DNA of 64,000 bases from Acidimicrobiia bacterium (lineage in GTDB: Bacteria > Actinomycetota > Acidimicrobiia > IMCC26256 > PALSA-610): positions 3,498 through 67,497 of the forward strand of contig JADGOO010000106.1 in assembly GCA_017882905.1 (NCBI GenBank). Direction: 5' to 3'. The notes beneath the pieces were generated by a model that worked only from the letters and a program-made list of their open reading frames with translations, had not been told where the DNA came from and did not search any database. This document shows positions 55,789-64,000 of this stretch, piece by piece (positions within the stretch are counted from its first letter, which is position 1; the number at the start of each line of letters is the position of its first letter). Both the position numbers and the translations under genes were made by a program.

Positions 55789-57234
55789 GTGTTCGAGTCG
55801 CTGTCCGAACGGTTCGAGGGGATCTTCAGCCGCCTCTCCAAGCGGGGCCGGATCTCGCCGGCCGACGTCGAGGAGGTGGGGAGCGAGCTGCGCCGCGCCC
55901 TGCTCGCGGCCGACGTCAACGCCCGTGTGGCGCGCGCGTTCGTCGATCGCGTGAAGGAGCGCGCCGTCGGCGCGGAGGTGCATCAGGCCCTCAACCCGGC
56001 GCAGCAGGTGCTGAAGATCGTCAACGACGAGCTCGTCACGATGCTCGGTGGCGAGACCGGCAAGATCACGATGAGCTCGAAGCCGCCGACGATCGTGCTG
56101 CTCGCCGGTCTGCAGGGCTCGGGCAAGACCACGCACGCCGCGAAGCTCGCTCGTCACCTGAAGAGCCAAGGGTTGCAGCCGATGCTCGTGGGCGCCGACC
56201 TGCAGCGACTGGCCGCCGTGGAGCAGCTGCGCACGCTCGCCGAGCGCGTCGATGTGCCGTTCTTCTCCGAGGCGAGCGACCCGGTGACCGTGGCCACGAA
56301 GAGCCTCGCCGAGGCCGCGCGCCTCGGCCGCAACGTGGTCATCATCGACACTGCGGGTCGACTGCAGATCGACGACGACCTGATGGACGAGCTGCAGCAC
56401 CTGCGTGACACGGTGCACCCGCACAACACGCTGCTCGTGATCGACGCCATGATCGGCCAGCAAGCCGTCGACGTGGCCGAGGAGTTCAACCGGCGCATCG
56501 GCCTCGACGGCGTGATCATCACCAAGATCGATGGCGACGCGCGCGGTGGCGCGGCGCTCTCGGTGAAAGAAGTGGTCGGCAAGCCGATCCTGTTCGCGGG
56601 TACGGGCGAGAAGCTCGACGAGTTCGAGGTGTTCCACCCCGACCGCATGGCGAGTCGCATCCTTGGCATGGGCGACCTGATGACGCTCATCGAGAAGGCC
56701 GAGGCGACCTTCGACACGCAACAGAAGGAACGCGCCGAGGAGATCCTGCGCGACGGCTCCTTCACCCTCGAAGACTTCCTCGGTCAGCTACAGCAGGTCC
56801 GCAAGATGGGACCCCTGCAGCAGGTGATCGGGATGATGCCCGGGCTCCCGAAGGAGCTGAAGGGTGTCGAGGTCGACGACCGCGAAGTGGTGCGCATCGA
56901 GGCGATCATCCAGTCGATGACCGCGGCCGAGCGCATGAAGCCGGAGATCATCAACGGCAGCCGCCGCAATCGCATCGCCATGGGCTCGGGCACGTCCACC
57001 AACGAGGTGAACAAGCTGCTCAAGCAGTTCAAGGAGATGCAGAACATGATGAAGAGCATGGGCGCGATGGGCAAAGTGATGCAGCGCGCCGGCAAGAAGA
57101 ACAAGAAGAAGAACAAGGGCAAAGGGGCGGCCCGCCCGGCCGCGGGGCTCCCGGCCGGCGTGGATCTCAGCAAGCTGGGCGACCTGAGCGGCCTCGACCT
57201 GTCGAAGCTCGGCTTCGAGCCCCCCAAGCGCTGA
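55789..57234 (+). CDS. ffh: Signal recognition particle protein
   Basis: GLQGSGKTT, DTAGR, TKIDGDARGG, RMASRILGMGD, M domain. Confidence 0.97.
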   Translation: MFESLSERFEGIFSRLSKRGRISPADVEEVGSELRRALLAADVNARVARAFVDRVKERAVGAEVHQALNPAQQVLKIVNDELVTMLGGETGKITMSSKPPTIVLLAGLQGSGKTTHAAKLARHLKSQGLQPMLVGADLQRLAAVEQLRTLAERVDVPFFSEASDPVTVATKSLAEAARLGRNVVIIDTAGRLQIDDDLMDELQHLRDTVHPHNTLLVIDAMIGQQAVDVAEEFNRRIGLDGVIITKIDGDARGGAALSVKEVVGKPILFAGTGEKLDEFEVFHPDRMASRILGMGDLMTLIEKAEATFDTQQKERAEEILRDGSFTLEDFLGQLQQVRKMGPLQQVIGMMPGLPKELKGVEVDDREVVRIEAIIQSMTAAERMKPEIINGSRRNRIAMGSGTSTNEVNKLLKQFKEMQNMMKSMGAMGKVMQRAGKKNKKKNKGKGAARPAAGLPAGVDLSKLGDLSGLDLSKLGFEPPKR

Positions 57235-57315
57235 GTCTCGGGCGCGAGCGCCTCGATCGAGTAGCCCGATCTGGGGCGCCTGGGGTGCCAACCGTGCTCC
57301 TGGGCCGGGGTGGCG

Positions 57316-57360
57316 TACACTTCACGATTCGTGTGCCGACCCGCGGATCCGCCGGTCGGC
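57316..57360 (+). promoter_or_regulatory. rpsP promoter -10 and leader hairpin
   Basis: TACACT at 57316-57321; hairpin GCCGACC-CGCGGATCCGCC-GGTCGGC at 57335-57360. Confidence 0.5.
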
Positions 57361-57395
57361 CGACAGCTCTGATGCACAGCAGGTAGGAGAGTGGT

Positions 57396-57719
57396 GTGGC
57401 GGTCAAGATCCGCTTGATGCGAGTGGGCAAGAAGAAGCAGCCCACGTATCGCGTCGTCGTCGCTGATTCGCACAGCCCTCGCGATGGGCGCTTCATCGAG
57501 ATCCTCGGCCAGTACGAGCCGCGCCGCGAGCCTTCGCTGGTGCAGATCGACGCCGACAAGGCGCTCGCATGGATCGAGAAGGGCGCGCAGCCGACCGCAC
57601 GCGCCGGCAAGATCCTCGAGCTCGCCGGAGTGTGGGACGGCTACCGCGCTCGCCACAACAAGGACGCAGCGGCGCAGCCGAAGCGTCGGACACCGGCGCC
57701 GAAGGTCGCAGCCGAGTGA
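57396..57719 (+). CDS. rpsP: 30S ribosomal protein S16
   Basis: [27 protein letters not shown]. Confidence 0.97.
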   Translation: MAVKIRLMRVGKKKQPTYRVVVADSHSPRDGRFIEILGQYEPRREPSLVQIDADKALAWIEKGAQPTARAGKILELAGVWDGYRARHNKDAAAQPKRRTPAPKVAAE

Positions 57720-58045
57720 CGCTCGACCCCGACGCGTTCGACGCCGAAGCGAGCGAGCTCGACGACGGCGAAGAGGGCGACGAGGCGAACCGCCTCGTGG
57801 GGGGCCGCGCGGCACGCGTGGCCGAGTTCCTCGCGCGCCAGCTCGTCGACGAACCCGACGGTGTCGACGTCGACATCGAAGACAGCCGGCGCGACTGTGA
57901 TGCCTTGATCGTGGTGCGCGCGGCTCCCGGTGACGTGGGTCGCCTCATCGGCCGGCGCGGCCGCACCGTGCAGGCGTTGCGCCAGGTCGCCCGGGCCGCA
58001 GGGTCGATCGACGGCGAGCGTGTCCAGCTCGACGTCGTTGACTAA
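57716..58045 (+). CDS. khpA: KH domain RNA-binding protein KhpA
   Basis: [22 protein letters not shown]; between rpsP and rimM. Confidence 0.9.
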   Translation: MTLDPDAFDAEASELDDGEEGDEANRLVGGRAARVAEFLARQLVDEPDGVDVDIEDSRRDCDALIVVRAAPGDVGRLIGRRGRTVQALRQVARAAGSIDGERVQLDVVD

Positions 58046-58072
58046 CACCCGATCCGCGCTCCACCGCGAGCC

Positions 58073-58570
58073 GTGGTGACGGCCGACTCACAACCGCGTC
58101 TCGAAGTGGGCCGCATCACTCGCGCCCACGGGTTGCGGGGCGATGTGGTGATCGCACCGATCTCCAATCGTCCCGAGCGATTCGTCGCGGGCGCCATGCT
58201 GCTGGCCGACGATCGGTCGTTTGTCATCGAACGGGTGCGGCCGCAGGGCGCGACCTTCGTCGCGCATCTCGAAGGCATCGACGATCGTGACAGCGCCGAG
58301 CGCCTGCGCAACACGATGCTCTACGGCACACCGCTCGACGGGCTCGACGACGACGAGATGTGGGTGCACGAGCTGATCGGCAGCGAGTGCGTCGACACCG
58401 ACGGCCACCCGCTCGGTCGTGTCGATGCGGTGCAGGAGAACCCTGCCCACGACCTGCTCGTGCTGCACGGGGGCGCGCTCATCCCGATGGTGTTCGTCGT
58501 GGAGCACGACCGTGCCGCGCAGCGCGTCGTGGTCGATCCGCCCGAGGGCCTGCTCGATCTGTACCGCTGA
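58073..58570 (+). CDS. rimM: Ribosome maturation factor RimM
   Basis: VGRI.RAHGLRG, R..AE.L, ELIG, LIP.VFV, PPEGLL. Confidence 0.93.
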   Translation: MVTADSQPRLEVGRITRAHGLRGDVVIAPISNRPERFVAGAMLLADDRSFVIERVRPQGATFVAHLEGIDDRDSAERLRNTMLYGTPLDGLDDDEMWVHELIGSECVDTDGHPLGRVDAVQENPAHDLLVLHGGALIPMVFVVEHDRAAQRVVVDPPEGLLDLYR

Positions 58571-58579
58571 GAGGTGCCG

Positions 58580-59314
58580 ATGACGCGGATCGACATCTTC
58601 ACGATCTTCCCCGAGTACCTGCGCGGTGCACTCGAGTGCTCGATCCTCGGTCGGGCGCGTGCGGGTCGTCTGCTCGACGTGCGCCTCCATGATCCGCGCG
58701 AGCACACCGACGACCGACACCGAAGCGTCGACGACGCACCGTTCGGCGGTGGGGCCGGCATGGTGATGATGCCGGGGCCGCTGTTCGCGGCGGTCGAGGC
58801 CGCGGCGCCTCCGCGCCCCCTGTTCCTCCTCGCTCCGGGCGGTCGGCGCTTCGACCAGGCCACCGCGCAGGAGCTGGCGGCGGGCGGCGGGTTCTCGCTG
58901 ATCTGCGGCCGCTATGAAGGGGTCGACCAACGCGTGGCCGACCATCTTTGCGACGGCGAGATCTCGGTGGGCGATGTGGTGCTGGCGGGGGGTGAAGCGG
59001 CTGCGCTCGTGGTGGTCGAGGCCGTGGCCCGGCTGCTCCCGGGCGTGCTCGGAAACGCCGAGAGCCCCGTCGAGGAGTCGTTCAGCGCCGGCCTGCTCGA
59101 GCATCCGCAGTACACCCGCCCCGCCGAGTTCCGCGGCTGGGCGGTGCCCGAGGTGCTGCGCGGCGGTGACCACGCCCGGGTGGCGCGCTGGCGGCGGGCG
59201 CAGGCCGTGCGGCGCACCCTGGCCCGCCGTCCCGATCTCCTGGCTCCCGACCAGCTCGCCGACGACGATCGGCGCCTGCTCGACGAGTTCCCGCCCGATC
59301 CGGCCGACGGCTAG
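58580..59314 (+). CDS. trmD: tRNA (guanine-N1)-methyltransferase
   Basis: DDAPFGGGAGMV, CGRYEGVDQR, S.GD.VL.GGE, LLEHPQYTRP. Confidence 0.97.
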   Translation: MTRIDIFTIFPEYLRGALECSILGRARAGRLLDVRLHDPREHTDDRHRSVDDAPFGGGAGMVMMPGPLFAAVEAAAPPRPLFLLAPGGRRFDQATAQELAAGGGFSLICGRYEGVDQRVADHLCDGEISVGDVVLAGGEAAALVVVEAVARLLPGVLGNAESPVEESFSAGLLEHPQYTRPAEFRGWAVPEVLRGGDHARVARWRRAQAVRRTLARRPDLLAPDQLADDDRRLLDEFPPDPADG

Positions 59315-59404
59315 CATCAGCCGCCGCGACTGCGCCGGCCGCCGCCTGAGCGCGGTGCGGCTGCGTCCCGCCTGTTTGCCCCGCTCGATTGCCAGGAGCT
59401 CGTC

Positions 59405-59749
59405 ATGCAACGCACCGATCTCGTCGACCGCGCGAGCTTGCGCACCGATGTGCCCGACTTCGCTCCCGGCGACACCCTCAAGGTGCACGTGCGCGTCGTC
59501 GAGGGCAACCGCGAGCGGGTTCAGGTGTTCCAGGGCGCGGTCATCCGCCGCCAGGGCAGTGGCGCTCGCGAGACCTTCAGCGTGCGCAAGGTGAGCTTCG
59601 GCGTCGGCGTGGAGCGCACATTCCCCGTGCACTCTCCTGTGATCGCCAAGATCGAGGTCATGACACGCGGCGACGTACGGCGGGCGAAGCTGTACTACCT
59701 GCGTGACCGCGTGGGCAAGGCCGCGAAGATCAAAGAGAAGCGCTTCTAG
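59405..59749 (+). CDS. rplS: 50S ribosomal protein L19
   Basis: [34 protein letters not shown]. Confidence 0.98.
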   Translation: MQRTDLVDRASLRTDVPDFAPGDTLKVHVRVVEGNRERVQVFQGAVIRRQGSGARETFSVRKVSFGVGVERTFPVHSPVIAKIEVMTRGDVRRAKLYYLRDRVGKAAKIKEKRF

Positions 59750-59880
59750 CCCTCCGCCACCTCGCGCGGGGCCAAGGGTGGCACCGATCACGTAGCCGAA
59801 CTTGGCGGCCCCGGCCTCTTGGTCCGTGCTGCCAGTCTGCGTACGATGACGGCTCTCTGGGCGCCGGGCAGGCATGGACG

Positions 59881-61980
59881 ATGCAAGGGCGACGCGGCGA
59901 GGAGGGGGCGGCCACGATCGGGCACGACGCGCCGGCAGCGGCGCTCGTGCGGCATCTCGCGATCCTGGTCGTCTACTACCTGAAGGACAACAGCGACCTG
60001 CCGCTGCTCGAGCTGCACCTGCAGCGCATCGCGCAGCACACCCACGTGCCGTACACGCTGTTCGCGGTGGCAAATCGGGTGAGCCCCGAGGCACGGGAGA
60101 TCATCCGCGCCCAGCCGCACGTGGTGGAGTGCGACATCACGCCGACCGACGCTCGCGGGAGTCGCGAGCACGGCTACTACCTCGACGCGATGTTGCGCAT
60201 CGCCCTCACGGCGGGCGTGACCCATGTGTGCACGCTCGACGTCGACTCGTTCCCGATCGACGATCGCTGGCTCGACGTGCTCGTCGCCAAGATGCCCCCT
60301 TCGGGCGTGGTCGGGATCCTGCGCCGCGAGAACGGCGACGTGGCGCTCGCGCACCCGTCGTGCATCCTGGCCACCCGAGAGTTCTTCGGCCGCTTCTCGC
60401 CGAGCTTCTCGCCCGATGCCGAGGACACCAACGAGTTCCGGCGGTTCCTGCGCACCACCGGCCAGGCGGCCGACACGGGTATCCGCCTCACCGCGGCGCT
60501 GTGGAACGCCGAGGAACCGTGGGGCCAGCTGACGCGGAGCAACGCGGTCGATCCGCACTACCTGATGGCCGGGATCTACGACGACGTGGTGTTCCACCTC
60601 GGCGGCGTGTCACGCGGCAGCTTGTTCCGCGCCGACCTCCAGCAGTCGCGCCGCCACCAGCTCACGCGCCCGATCGAACGACTCCCTGCTCGAGGCAAGC
60701 TGCTCGCGCGCTGGAAGCGCGCCGCGCTGGCGAAGGTCCGCAGGAGCTCGGAACGCCGGCTCGCGAACACGAACCGGCGCGTCTTCAACGATCTTCGGAG
60801 CCGGCTGCTCGACGACCCCGATGCGCTGTTCGCGTATCTGCGAGGAGGCCGAGCCCCAGCTGAGGCCGATCAGCCTGATGCGCAGCCCTCATCGCCCACC
60901 CCCACCGAACCGTCCTCCGAGACGAAGGAGCTGATCAACACCGTGGAGCCGGCCCTGCCCGCCGAGCATGTCGACGTTGCCCACGTCGAGCCAGTCGATG
61001 ATCTCGAGCTCGCCCCGCTCCGCGCGGCGCGCGAGACGAGCGAGGTGAACGACGACGATGAGTGGGCATCGTCGGAGCTGCCTCGCCGCGAGGATGGACA
61101 CGACCGTGGGGTCGTCGAGTTCCCCGTACCTGTCGTTGCCGACGCTCCACCGCCCGAGCTGCGGTACCGCCGCGCGCTCGAGCTCGGCGCCGCACTGCGC
61201 TCGTTGGCGCGGTCGCGCGGCATCGTCTGGGCGCTGGTCGTGCGCCAGCTGCGCGCCCAGTACAGCCAGCAGGTGCTGGGTCTCGCCTGGGCGATCCTCA
61301 CGCCGCTGGCGCAGACGCTGCTGTTCACGCTCATCCTGCACCGCTTCAACGGCAAGGCGGGGATCAACACGGGCGGCGTGCCCAACGCCTTGTTCCTCTA
61401 CGTCGGCCTCACAGCCTGGAGCTTCTATTCGTCGTCGCTGAGCAGCGGCGGCACGAGTCTCGTCGGCAACCCCCTGCTCAACAAGGTGTACGCACCGCGT
61501 GAAGTGTTCCCGTTGTCGCAGGTGGCGTCGTCGGCCATCAACGCGGTGGCGGCGGCACTCGTCCTGCCGGTGTTGATGCTCGCGGTGCAACGCGGACCGA
61601 GTGTCACGATCTATTGGACGGCGATCCTGGCCTTGCCGTTGTTGGCGTTCACGGTGGCCGTCACGCTGGTCGTGTCGGCGATCACCGTGTATCTCCGCGA
61701 CCTGCGCAGCGGTCTCCCGCTCATCTTGCAGCTCGCGATGTTCTTCCCCGGTGTGCTGTATCCCGTGCGCACGGCGTTCCACTCGGCCGCGTGGCGCGGG
61801 CTGTACGCATTGCTCTTGCCGGCCTGGACGCTCATCGACCAGATCCGCGAGACGATGTTCCATCATCACGCGCCGGCGGTCGGTTTCACGTTGCTCGCCA
61901 CGGCCGGTTCGATCGTCTACCTGATCGGCGGGTTCGTGTTCTTCAAACGACTCGAGACGGGCTTCGCCGATGTCTCGTGA
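59881..61980 (+). CDS. Fusion: GT-A glycosyltransferase-like domain + polysaccharide ABC permease (Wzm)
   Basis: N-terminal TLDVDSFP (DxD) and HPS; C-terminal Y.QQ.LG..WAI..PL, LLNKVYAPREVFPL, RDL, FKRLE..FAD; start may be GTG 59947. Confidence 0.8.
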   Translation: MQGRRGEEGAATIGHDAPAAALVRHLAILVVYYLKDNSDLPLLELHLQRIAQHTHVPYTLFAVANRVSPEAREIIRAQPHVVECDITPTDARGSREHGYYLDAMLRIALTAGVTHVCTLDVDSFPIDDRWLDVLVAKMPPSGVVGILRRENGDVALAHPSCILATREFFGRFSPSFSPDAEDTNEFRRFLRTTGQAADTGIRLTAALWNAEEPWGQLTRSNAVDPHYLMAGIYDDVVFHLGGVSRGSLFRADLQQSRRHQLTRPIERLPARGKLLARWKRAALAKVRRSSERRLANTNRRVFNDLRSRLLDDPDALFAYLRGGRAPAEADQPDAQPSSPTPTEPSSETKELINTVEPALPAEHVDVAHVEPVDDLELAPLRAARETSEVNDDDEWASSELPRREDGHDRGVVEFPVPVVADAPPPELRYRRALELGAALRSLARSRGIVWALVVRQLRAQYSQQVLGLAWAILTPLAQTLLFTLILHRFNGKAGINTGGVPNALFLYVGLTAWSFYSSSLSSGGTSLVGNPLLNKVYAPREVFPLSQVASSAINAVAAALVLPVLMLAVQRGPSVTIYWTAILALPLLAFTVAVTLVVSAITVYLRDLRSGLPLILQLAMFFPGVLYPVRTAFHSAAWRGLYALLLPAWTLIDQIRETMFHHHAPAVGFTLLATAGSIVYLIGGFVFFKRLETGFADVS

Positions 61981-63160
61981 AGGCAGCGTCGAGGTCAATC
62001 ACGTCTGGAAGCGATTCCGGCGCGACCGCGGTCGGAGGCTCCTGCGCGACCAGTTCGGGCGCATGCATCGCCGCGTGTTGGGTCGCGACGGCGACAACTC
62101 GTGGCGGTGGGTGTTGCGCGACATCGACTTCCGTGTCGAACCGGGCGAGTCGGTCGGCTTCATCGGCGCCAACGGCGCCGGCAAGTCGACGCTGCTGAAG
62201 ATCGTCTCGGGTGTGATGTTCCCGCACTCGGGGCGCGCCCGCGTGCAGGGTCGCATCGGCGCACTGCTCGAGGTGGCGTCGGGCATCCATCCCGAGCTGA
62301 CCGGCAAGGAGAACATCAACATCTTCGGCGCGCTGCTCGGTCTCGGGCGCCGGGAGGTGCTCTCCAAGTTCGAGGAGATCGTCGCCTTCGCGGAGCTCGA
62401 AGACGCCGTTGATCGCCAGACGAAGTTCTATTCGAGCGGCATGAAGACCAGGCTCGGGTTCGCCATCGCCGCGTTCCTCGAGCCTGAGGTGCTCGTTGTC
62501 GACGAGGTGCTCGCGGTGGGCGACCAGCTCTTCCAGCAGAAGTGTCTCGACCGGATGCGTGTCGTGCTCGACAGCGGGGCCACGTTGCTCCTCGTGTCGC
62601 ACGACCTTGCCGCCGTCGGTGCCACCGCCTCGCGTGGGATCTGGCTCGACCAAGGCATCATCCGTGCCGACGGTGCCATCAGCGACGTGCTGGCCGCGTA
62701 CCGCAGTGAAATCGAGCTCAAGTCGGCGCAGAACCTCTCCTTGACGGGCAGCGTGCGCGTCCGAGACCTGCGCGTGTTCGGACCCGACGGGCCCCGGGTC
62801 GACGGACATGGGCCGTGCACGATCGACTTCGTCCTCGAGAGCGAGGAGAGCTCGGCTGTGACCGTGTTCGTCGGCGTGAGCGAAGGGCCGGCGACGCCGA
62901 TCTTCGCGCTCACGCGCGGCATGCACCTCGGGCGCGGGCCCACACCGATGTCGGTGAGCATCACGACACTGCCGCTCCCGGCCGGCTCGTACTACCTCTG
63001 GATCGCGGTGCGCGACCCGGTGAAGCGTCGTGAGCTCACGCCGTGGCAGCCGATGGGACCGCTGATCGTGCAGGGCAATCGCCGGCTCGACCCGCTCCCG
63101 CGCGCCATCGCCCGCCTGTCACCGGTGTACGTCGAGGCCACGTGGGCCACCGAGGCGTGA
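61970..63160 (+). CDS. Polysaccharide ABC ATP-binding protein Wzt with C-terminal Wzt_C-like domain
   Basis: GANGAGKSTLLK, HPELTG.EN, YSSGM..RL.F, VDEVLAVGD..FQ.KC, C-terminal beta-rich domain. Confidence 0.92.
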   Translation: MSREGSVEVNHVWKRFRRDRGRRLLRDQFGRMHRRVLGRDGDNSWRWVLRDIDFRVEPGESVGFIGANGAGKSTLLKIVSGVMFPHSGRARVQGRIGALLEVASGIHPELTGKENINIFGALLGLGRREVLSKFEEIVAFAELEDAVDRQTKFYSSGMKTRLGFAIAAFLEPEVLVVDEVLAVGDQLFQQKCLDRMRVVLDSGATLLLVSHDLAAVGATASRGIWLDQGIIRADGAISDVLAAYRSEIELKSAQNLSLTGSVRVRDLRVFGPDGPRVDGHGPCTIDFVLESEESSAVTVFVGVSEGPATPIFALTRGMHLGRGPTPMSVSITTLPLPAGSYYLWIAVRDPVKRRELTPWQPMGPLIVQGNRRLDPLPRAIARLSPVYVEATWATEA

Positions 63161-63165
63161 GCCGT

Positions 63166-63432
63166 TCAGTGCGAGCGATGGCGCCGGCGTGTCGCCGACG
63201 CGTAGTACGCGCCGAGGAGGGCGAGGCCGGCGAGGATGAACGCCGCGATGCCCCGCTTGGTGTACTTGCGGGTGTAGGTGAGCTTCGGGTGTTTCGGATT
63301 GAATGCGTGGCCACCGAGGAAGGTCGGTAGCGACCGCACTTCGGTCGTGAGCAGGATGATGCCGACCACTACGAGAGCCGTCGCCGCGATGACGAGCACG
63401 ATCTCGAGCGGCTTGGGTCGATGCCGCGCCAT
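63166..63432 (-). CDS. Small 2-TM membrane protein
   Basis: Two hydrophobic helices around SLPTFLGGH; TAGGTT -10-like box 8 nt upstream. Confidence 0.6.
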   Translation of the reverse strand: MARHRPKPLEIVLVIAATALVVVGIILLTTEVRSLPTFLGGHAFNPKHPKLTYTRKYTKRGIAAFILAGLALLGAYYASATRRRHRSH

Positions 63433-63611
63433 AACCTGGAAACCTAACACGGGAGCCAGGTTTCACACCCACACGGTCGCGCCGATCCGTGCGTGGTGCG
63501 TCACGGTGCACGTTCGTTACGCTGCAGCCTCAGTCGCACGGGGTGTCGACGGCCACGGTGCGGTGACGTCGGATGGGCACCCGGGTGGTTCGGCGGGCCG
63601 GAAGCGAACGC

Positions 63612-64000
63612 ATGCGTGATCGAGCGGTCGGAGACGTCGCCGTGGTTGCTCGTGCATTCGCGCCCGATGACGAACTTGCGGGTGCGGTCGACGCGCCGAG
63701 CCGGGTGCGCCTGAGATCTGAATTCGCGTCGCTCGCCGCGCTCGCGTTCGTGTCCGTTGTGGTGCCCATCGTCGTTGCGAGTCGCTACGGCGCGCTCGGA
63801 GTGCCGCGCGGCGACGACTGGTCGTACCTGCGAACACTGTTCACTTGGGTCGATGGGAATGGTCTGAACTTCAACCACTGGGTCTCGATGACCTTGGTGG
63901 GTCAGCTGGTCCTGGCGGCACCGGTTGCGAAAGCCAGCAACGACGACATCGCGGCGGTACAAGTCCTCACCGCCGTGCTTGGATTCGCAGGTCTCTGCGG
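63612..64000 (+). CDS. GT-C/ArnT-like membrane glycosyltransferase, truncated at the window edge
   Basis: Open frame to the end: TM1 then GVPRGDDWSY...W.SMTLVGQ; start uncertain (63573, 63612 or 63705). Confidence 0.6.
   Translation, partial: MRDRAVGDVAVVARAFAPDDELAGAVDAPSRVRLRSEFASLAALAFVSVVVPIVVASRYGALGVPRGDDWSYLRTLFTWVDGNGLNFNHWVSMTLVGQLVLAAPVAKASNDDIAAVQVLTAVLGFAGLC

Noticed and set aside
57091-57234. Lys/Asn run and DLSKLG repeats at the Ffh C-terminus
   Set aside because: Low-complexity tails are common in actinobacterial Ffh.

Overview
GC-rich (~70%) actinobacterial chromosome segment, probably Acidimicrobiia-like (inferred from gene order and many apparently leaderless TANNNT-N6-9-start promoters). 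1-37 kb is mixed metabolism and regulation: two OmpR/His-kinase pairs, ribB, a GT-C glycosyltransferase, purK, rmuC, a thermonuclease, uvrD2, def, galT with two galK paralogs, two LLM oxidoreductases, PAC2, an ABC-2 exporter, an MhuD-like protein, an acyl-CoA ligase, pckG and a GGDEF-EAL protein. 37-60 kb is the conserved rpmB-fakA-recG-rsmD-coaD-yceD-rpmF-plsX-acp-rnc-fpg-acyP-smc-ftsY-ffh-rpsP-khpA-rimM-trmD-rplS backbone. 60-64 kb begins a polysaccharide export locus. I found no rRNA, tRNA, CRISPR array or transposase. Main signals: (1) an SMC with matched ~90/88-aa tandem duplications in both coiled-coil strands; (2) a ~44-bp inverted repeat bracketing acyP inside the rnc operon; (3) three PafBC/RecA-NDp-like promoters, one driving a predicted exported thermonuclease; (4) four apparent pseudo-enzymes (Ser-less ACP, HExxH-less zincin paralog, His/ATP-box-less kinase, Fpg with eroded catalytic residues); (5) a GT-A domain fused to Wzm; (6) an AT-rich sigmaA-like promoter written into purK codons. 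All calls come from reading motifs by eye; no searches were run.
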